DNA from: Candidatus Woesearchaeota archaeon
GTDB lineage: Archaea; Nanobdellota; Nanobdellia; Nanobdellales; CAZNIQ01
Reading direction: 5' to 3'
DNA length: 18,993 bases
Assembly: GCA_964573185.1 (NCBI GenBank)
Contig: CAZNIQ010000009.1
Location: 5,640 to 24,632, forward strand
Shown: in pieces, positions 14,360-18,993 of the stretch
How positions within the stretch are numbered: position 1 is the stretch's first letter
Layout of the letters: each line of letters starts with the position of its first letter
Notes under the pieces: generated by a model
The model's input: only the letters and a program-made list of their open reading frames with translations
Told to the model about the DNA's origin: nothing
Databases searched by the model: none
Made by a program: the position numbers and the translations under genes

Positions 14360-15358
14360 ATGAATAAGGAATTACTCTCTATCATAAAAAGAATTACAAG
14401 AAATCTTTCAAAAAATATGATGCTCTATACGTTAGCGACAATTATTCTAGGAATTACTGTTGGTTATTTATATAATCCTACTTTCCTTGCCAAATTTATA
14501 CCAGTTATAGTATTCTTTATGATTTATCCTATGATGGTTAATGTTTCATTTGAAAGCCTAAGGAATGTAAGGAAATATAAAAAAGTTATTTTGCTTGCTT
14601 TGCTCTATAATTTTGTATTAGCACCTATAATCTATTATTTTCTTTGTTCTTTATTTAAAGTGACCTATGATATACAAATAGCTTTGCTTTTACTTGCCAT
14701 AGCACCTGCCTCAAGCATGGGAATAGGTTATGTTGGATTGGCTGAAGGAAATGTAGCACTGGCAAGCGTAATTGTAGCTTCTGCCTTTTTAATTTTCATT
14801 ATAGTTGCGCCATTGGTAATTCACTTTATTGTAAGTTCAAACTACATAGTACTTCCATTAGAAAAAATAATCAAAAATCTCCTCCTGGTATTAGTACTTC
14901 CCCTATTACTTGGTGTAATTACACGAGAACTTATAATAGAAAGGAGGAACATAAAGTTTAATGAAGTAAAACCGTTATTTTCGTTTATCACATTAGTATT
15001 TCTGTATATTCTTATTTTTTCAATATTTGCATTAAAAGGAAGGGCTATTCTTGAAAACCCTACTAAAATAGCTATAATAGTTCCGTTAGCAACTTTATTT
15101 TACATAATAATGTTAGCAATAGAGTATATTGTTAACAAATACATAGCAAAAATGAAATATGAAGAATTTCAGGCAGTGGTTTTTACAACCGTCAGTAAAA
15201 ATGTAGCTCTAACAATGGCACTACTAGCTTTTCTATTTGGAAAACATGGATATATTATGGCAATCTATCCAGCTATAATTTCTCTTATTCAACTAGTATT
15301 TTTAATAACATACTTACATTTTAGTTTGCAGAAAAGGCATGCCGCCGCCGGGATTTGA
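14360..15358 (+). CDS. ACR3/BASS (SBF-like) superfamily transporter
   Basis: 332 aa with about 10 TM helices. LLLLAIAPASSMGIGYVGLAEGNVALASVIVA resembles the ACR3/bile-acid:Na+ symporter core motif. The last 6 codons (HAAAGI) are read from the antisense of tRNA-Glu. Confidence 0.65.
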   Translation: MNKELLSIIKRITRNLSKNMMLYTLATIILGITVGYLYNPTFLAKFIPVIVFFMIYPMMVNVSFESLRNVRKYKKVILLALLYNFVLAPIIYYFLCSLFKVTYDIQIALLLLAIAPASSMGIGYVGLAEGNVALASVIVASAFLIFIIVAPLVIHFIVSSNYIVLPLEKIIKNLLLVLVLPLLLGVITRELIIERRNIKFNEVKPLFSFITLVFLYILIFSIFALKGRAILENPTKIAIIVPLATLFYIIMLAIEYIVNKYIAKMKYEEFQAVVFTTVSKNVALTMALLAFLFGKHGYIMAIYPAIISLIQLVFLITYLHFSLQKRHAAAGI

Positions 15359-15414
15359 ACCCGGGTCTCGGGGACGAAAACCCCGCATCCTTGACCTGGC
15401 TAGACGACGGCGGC
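15340..15414 (-). tRNA. tRNA-Glu (anticodon UUC), intron-less and unsplit, CCA not encoded
   Basis: The reverse complement folds as follows. Acceptor GCCGCCG/CGGCGGC; D arm GTCT..GGAT. Anticodon arm CGGGG-TTTTCGT-CCCCG; 4-nt variable loop AGAC. T arm CCGGG-TTCAAAT-CCCGG; discriminator A. 75 nt. Confidence 0.93.
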
Positions 15415-15420
15415 TTTAAG

Positions 15421-15448
15421 TTTATAAATTCTTCCAAATCTTTATAAA
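15421..15448. promoter_or_regulatory. Two palindromic TATA boxes (TTTATAAA x2, 20 bp apart) in the 38-bp tRNA-Glu/mscS divergent spacer
   Basis: TTTATAAA at 15421-15428 lies at -32..-25 from the mscS ATG (15453). TTTATAAA at 15441-15448 lies at -34..-27 from the tRNA-Glu 5' end (15414, minus strand). Confidence 0.45.
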
Positions 15449-15452
15449 CCTA

Positions 15453-16268
15453 ATGTTACCTATTGAAAAGGTTTTGTTTACTGTTATATCATTAATAGGC
15501 TTCTTTTTGTTCAAGATATTTTCTGATAAATATCTAAAATACTTAATTAACATGATACCTGATAAAGAAAAAAGAACTTTGTTTATAATCTTTATAAAAA
15601 TCATCTGGACTTTCTTATTTGTAACCTTAGTTTTCTTTTTATTGGACTATTGGGGGATAAATATTACTCCTCTTCTTGCTTCCTTGGGTATATTATCTGT
15701 TATCGTTGGTTTAGCTTTGCAGAATTCTTTATCTAACTTCTTCTCAGGTCTATTCTTAACTGCTGATCAGTCTATAAGAATCGGGGATTTTATAGAATTG
15801 CCAGAATACAATATAGTTGGGAGAATTGAAAATATAGGATGGAGAAGCACTAGAATAAGAACCTTGGAGAATAATATTGTTTATATTCCTAATTCAAAAT
15901 TAGCAAACAGCATTGTAGTAAATTATTCAAGACCTAAAGAGGAAATACTTATTTGGTTCGATGTTGGAATTTCGTATTTTGAGGATTTGGAAAAAGTTGA
16001 AAAAATAACTTTGGAAGTTGCAAATGAAGTTGAAAAGAAATATAATGTAAATTGGGAGCCTAAACTTTATTATTATAATTTTGGAGATTCAAATATCTAT
16101 TTTAAAATAGTATTAAAAGCTAAGGATTTTTTTAACGCAAAAGAAATTGTACATGAATTTATGAAAAAGCTAAAAGAAAGATATGATAAGGAAGGAATAG
16201 AGATAAGCTTTCCAAATGTTAATGTCTTTTTAAGATACGGAAGAGAGAACTACAAGCTTTCTATCTAA
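15453..16268 (+). CDS. mscS: Small-conductance mechanosensitive channel (MscS family)
   Basis: Three N-terminal TM helices. The pore-helix/beta-domain signature is GLALQNSLSNFFSGLFLTADQSIRIGDFIEL..GRIENIGWRSTRIRTLENNIVYIPNSKLANSIVVNYS. Confidence 0.85.
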   Translation: MLPIEKVLFTVISLIGFFLFKIFSDKYLKYLINMIPDKEKRTLFIIFIKIIWTFLFVTLVFFLLDYWGINITPLLASLGILSVIVGLALQNSLSNFFSGLFLTADQSIRIGDFIELPEYNIVGRIENIGWRSTRIRTLENNIVYIPNSKLANSIVVNYSRPKEEILIWFDVGISYFEDLEKVEKITLEVANEVEKKYNVNWEPKLYYYNFGDSNIYFKIVLKAKDFFNAKEIVHEFMKKLKERYDKEGIEISFPNVNVFLRYGRENYKLSI

Positions 16269-17615
16269 TATCTCTTTTACTACTTTTGGATTAGCTTTTC
16301 CTTTAAGCTTTTTCATTATCCTTCCAAATAAATAGTTATATACCTTTTTATTTCCTTGTAAATATTCTTCTAAAGCCTTCTTCTCTTCTTTTAGTACTTC
16401 CTCAACAGTTTTTTCTATCAAATCTTTATCCGAAATTACAATATAACCTTTCTCTTTAGCATATTCTATTGGGTTTTTGTTTTCTGAGAGCATAACTCTT
16501 ATAATTTCATTAAAATACTTTTCAGGTATCTCAAAGTTTTTCACTTTCTTTACTAGTTCTAAAAACCAATCGATATTCAATCTTTCTTTTAATTCAGGAC
16601 TATCTAATTTAAGATCATATTGTACCTTCCTAAGTCTGGAAACAATTATTTCAGCAACATAATTTTTTTCCAAGCCTGTTTTACTAAGAATTTCAACAGA
16701 TAATAAAGCAAACTCGGGATCAGGAAGTAATCTTTCTATATACGTTTCTTTTAAACCTAATGATTTTAACTCGTTCTCAATATCTTTTGGAGTAATTATT
16801 TCTTTCCTAACTTCATTAATTAACTCCTCTGTAATAATCATTGGATTCAAATCTGGGTCAGGTATATATCTATAATCTGCAATTGTTTCTTTTTCTCTTA
16901 AAGGAACGGTAATTCTTTTCTCTTCATCATAATGTCTTGTTTCTCTTTTTACTTTTTCACCAGATTCTATTAATCTTTTTTGCCTCAAAATTTCATATTT
17001 CAATGCATAATATACTCCCTCAATAGAATTTACATTTTTTATCTCAACTCTTTCCCCACCTTCTATAGAAATGTTAACGTCAACTCTTATGCTTCCGGGA
17101 TCATCTTTAATTGCTTTAGAATACTTTAAATAAAGAAATAATTTTTCTAACCATTCTTTAGCTTGCTCTGGGGATTCTATATCAGGTTCGGTAACTATTT
17201 CTGCTAACGGAACACCAGATCTATTGAAATCAACATATCCATTTCTTAAATCATATCTTCCCGGATCTTCTTCTAAATGTACTTCCCGGATTCTTACTCC
17301 AAAGAAGTTTCCATTTATCATTAATGGTTCTGAAGTAATTTGATAGTTCTTTGGAAGATCAGGATAAAAATAATGTTTTCTTAAGAAATAAACCTTTCCA
17401 TAATTCGGTTTGCATCCCAAAATCAAGCCTACTTTTATTACATTTTTGATAGCTTCTAAATTAGGAGGCATAGGTTTAGATCCAGGCTGGCCCGTACAGA
17501 TGGGACAAATATTTGTATTTGGCTCTTTATCCCTATAATCTGTTGAACATTTACAGAATAACTTTTGCTTAGTATTTAACTGAACATGAATCTCAAATCC
17601 TATTTTAACTTTCAT
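16230..17615 (-). CDS. gatB: Aspartyl/glutamyl-tRNA(Asn/Gln) amidotransferase subunit B
   Basis: KIGFEIHVQLNTKQKLFCKC..NTNICPICTGQPGSKP, FLRKHYFYPDLPKNYQITS and HLEEDPGRY. The 461-aa length fits GatB rather than GatE. ATGA overlap with gatA at 17612-17615. Confidence 0.9.
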   Translation of the reverse strand: MKVKIGFEIHVQLNTKQKLFCKCSTDYRDKEPNTNICPICTGQPGSKPMPPNLEAIKNVIKVGLILGCKPNYGKVYFLRKHYFYPDLPKNYQITSEPLMINGNFFGVRIREVHLEEDPGRYDLRNGYVDFNRSGVPLAEIVTEPDIESPEQAKEWLEKLFLYLKYSKAIKDDPGSIRVDVNISIEGGERVEIKNVNSIEGVYYALKYEILRQKRLIESGEKVKRETRHYDEEKRITVPLREKETIADYRYIPDPDLNPMIITEELINEVRKEIITPKDIENELKSLGLKETYIERLLPDPEFALLSVEILSKTGLEKNYVAEIIVSRLRKVQYDLKLDSPELKERLNIDWFLELVKKVKNFEIPEKYFNEIIRVMLSENKNPIEYAKEKGYIVISDKDLIEKTVEEVLKEEKKALEEYLQGNKKVYNYLFGRIMKKLKGKANPKVVKEILDRKLVVLSSVS

Positions 17616-18993
17616 CTTATTTTTGTTCTGATAAAGTTAGAAAATCTTTGCTCTACAGCATACATCAATTCTAAAACCTTATGATCTTCTTTTAGATTTC
17701 CCATTATTTGAAAACCGATGAACTTATCAATTGGCACATTTCCTGCAGGAATTCCTACAAGATTTGCTAGAACAGTAAGAACATCCATTTGATACATTTT
17801 TAAAGGATCCTGTATTTCTCCAATTTTCCAAGGTAAAACTGGCATCGTTGGGGAAACCAGATAATCATATTCCTTAAATAATTCCAATATTTCTTTCCTT
17901 ATCTTTAATCTCACTAATACAGCTTTCTTATACCATCTTCCATATTCTTCTCTTGATGTTATAAAAGTTCCCAAAAGTATTCTTCTTTTAACTTCTTTCC
18001 CTAAAACTTTTCTAGATTCCATAATAGTTTCCCACAAATCTCTTCTCTCATTTCTATATCCATACTTTAAACCATCGTATCTTTGCATTGCAGAAGAAAA
18101 TTCTGAGAAAACAACGAGATAATATGTTGGAACGGCGTAATGAACTTCTGGTAATGATATTTCTTTAATTTCTAATCCTAAAGAATTCAAGTAATCTAGA
18201 ACTTCAAAGAATTTCTTCTTAATTTTATCTTCGGTGTATTCTAAAAATTCCCTTGCATATACTATCTTTCTTCCCTTTAGTTTATTTTCATCGAAGTTTT
18301 CTATAACCTTCGTAAAGGATTTAACGGGCCTTTCAATAGTAGTTGGATCATGAATATCTTTTCCAGAAATAACATCTAAAAGTAAAGCTAAACCATATGT
18401 ATCTTTTGCCATAGGACCTATTTGATCTAAAGACATTGCCATATCAATTAATCCGTATCTAGAAACTAATCCGTATGTGGGTTTGAAACCAAAGATAGAA
18501 CAGAAAGCAGAGGGATTTCTTATTGAGCCACCAGTATCTGATCCTAAAGCTAAATCTGCAAATCCAGCAGCTAATGAAGCAGCAGAACCGGAAGAAGAAC
18601 CGCCCGGAACCCTTTCTAAATCTAAAGGATTTCTTGTTGGGCCAAAAGCGGAATTAGTACCATCGGATCCACAAGCAAATTCATCCATATTTGTTTTTCC
18701 AATTATAATTCCACCTTCTCTTTTTATTCTTTGAATTACCGTTGCGTCAAAGGGTGCGATATAGTTTTCAAGCATTTTTGATCCAGCAGTAGCCCTAACT
18801 CCTTCAACCAAAATATTATCTTTCACTGCTATAAGTAAATATGATAACTTACCTTCTTTCTTTTGTTTAATCTCTTTTTCAACTTTATCTAAAAGAAGAG
18901 TTATGAAAGAGTTTATTTCTTTCTCTTTTCTTTCAATATTTTTCCTAATTTTTTCGAAATGGCCTTCAGGATCACTTTTGGCTTCCTCAATTA
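17612..18993 (-). CDS. gatA: Glutamyl-tRNA(Gln)/aspartyl-tRNA(Asn) amidotransferase subunit A; 5' end off window
   Basis: Amidase signature GGSSSGSAASLAAGFADLALGSDTGGSIRNPSAFC, plus GKTNMDEFACGS. The track start (GTG at 18826) is internal. The frame stays open upstream to the window end (IEEAKSDPEGHFEKIRKNIERKEKEINSFITLLLDKVEKEIKQKKEGKLSYLLIAVKDNI). Confidence 0.9.
   Translation of the reverse strand, partial: IEEAKSDPEGHFEKIRKNIERKEKEINSFITLLLDKVEKEIKQKKEGKLSYLLIAVKDNILVEGVRATAGSKMLENYIAPFDATVIQRIKREGGIIIGKTNMDEFACGSDGTNSAFGPTRNPLDLERVPGGSSSGSAASLAAGFADLALGSDTGGSIRNPSAFCSIFGFKPTYGLVSRYGLIDMAMSLDQIGPMAKDTYGLALLLDVISGKDIHDPTTIERPVKSFTKVIENFDENKLKGRKIVYAREFLEYTEDKIKKKFFEVLDYLNSLGLEIKEISLPEVHYAVPTYYLVVFSEFSSAMQRYDGLKYGYRNERRDLWETIMESRKVLGKEVKRRILLGTFITSREEYGRWYKKAVLVRLKIRKEILELFKEYDYLVSPTMPVLPWKIGEIQDPLKMYQMDVLTVLANLVGIPAGNVPIDKFIGFQIMGNLKEDHKVLELMYAVEQRFSNFIRTKIR

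Noticed and set aside
12479-15452. Integrated mobile element or genomic island bounded by tRNA-Thr and tRNA-Glu
   Set aside because: No integrase, transposase or phage-like gene lies between them. The only shared sequence I saw is the conserved T-arm (CCGGGTTCAAATCCCGG), in opposite orientations as expected for two independent tRNA genes, with no duplicated att-like tRNA 3' fragment. The intervening genes are housekeeping or transport.
15422-15604. 60-aa minus-strand ORF
   Set aside because: Antisense to the mscS N-terminus and overlaps the promoter spacer. No support.
16477-16662. 61-aa plus-strand ORF
   Set aside because: Antisense within gatB.
18477-18734. 85-aa plus-strand ORF
   Set aside because: Antisense to the amidase-signature region of gatA. 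Its Pro/Ala/Glu-rich translation mirrors the GC-rich Gly/Ser codons.
17612-18826. gatA start at GTG 18826 as given by the track
   Set aside because: The reading frame continues without a stop to the window end. The extra residues (..NSFITLLLDKVEKEIKQKKEGKLSYLLIAVKDNI) match the normal GatA N-terminal region, so the gene is 5'-truncated by the window rather than starting at 18826.
1-18993. CRISPR arrays, cas genes, restriction-modification or other known defence systems
   Set aside because: No regularly spaced direct repeats were seen at the nucleotide level outside the in-frame beta-helix coding repeats. No ORF shows nuclease, helicase or methylase defence motifs; the only SAM methyltransferase is Trm11-like with a THUMP-type N-terminus.

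Overview
AT-rich, very gene-dense archaeal window. Signs of compaction are four ATGA start/stop overlaps, three convergent 3' overlaps, and divergent spacers of 40 bp or less. The two tRNAs are GC-rich against the AT-rich background. Together with a catalytic-domain-only ArcTGT, this suggests a small-genome thermophilic archaeon, possibly Nanoarchaeota/DPANN-like (inference only). Left to right: a minus-strand operon of polytopic membrane protein, TFS, Sec11-type signal peptidase and a Dpm1-like GT2/GtrA glycosyltransferase (open at the window edge); Trm11/Trm-G10 tRNA methyltransferase plus a small PqqD/RRE-like protein; a minus-strand operon of two coiled-coil proteins and Rio2 kinase; an archaellin cluster (three arlB/flaB paralogs) interrupted by a 207-aa membrane-anchored protein and an 1103-aa DUF2341 / beta-sandwich / parallel beta-helix surface protein; tRNA-Thr(GGU); a PsiE-like membrane protein; two tandem C/D-box sRNA candidates at a convergent gene junction; a cysteine-free archaeosine TGT catalytic subunit; an ACR3/BASS-like transporter; tRNA-Glu(UUC); MscS; and gatB plus gatA (gatA 5' end off window). 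No CRISPR array, transposase, integrase or recognisable defence genes were seen. The best candidates for something undescribed are (i) the motor-less archaellin cluster translationally coupled to the giant lectin-like/beta-helix protein and (ii) the unannotated tandem C/D-box sRNA pair with identical 7-12-4-4-6-12-4 box architecture.
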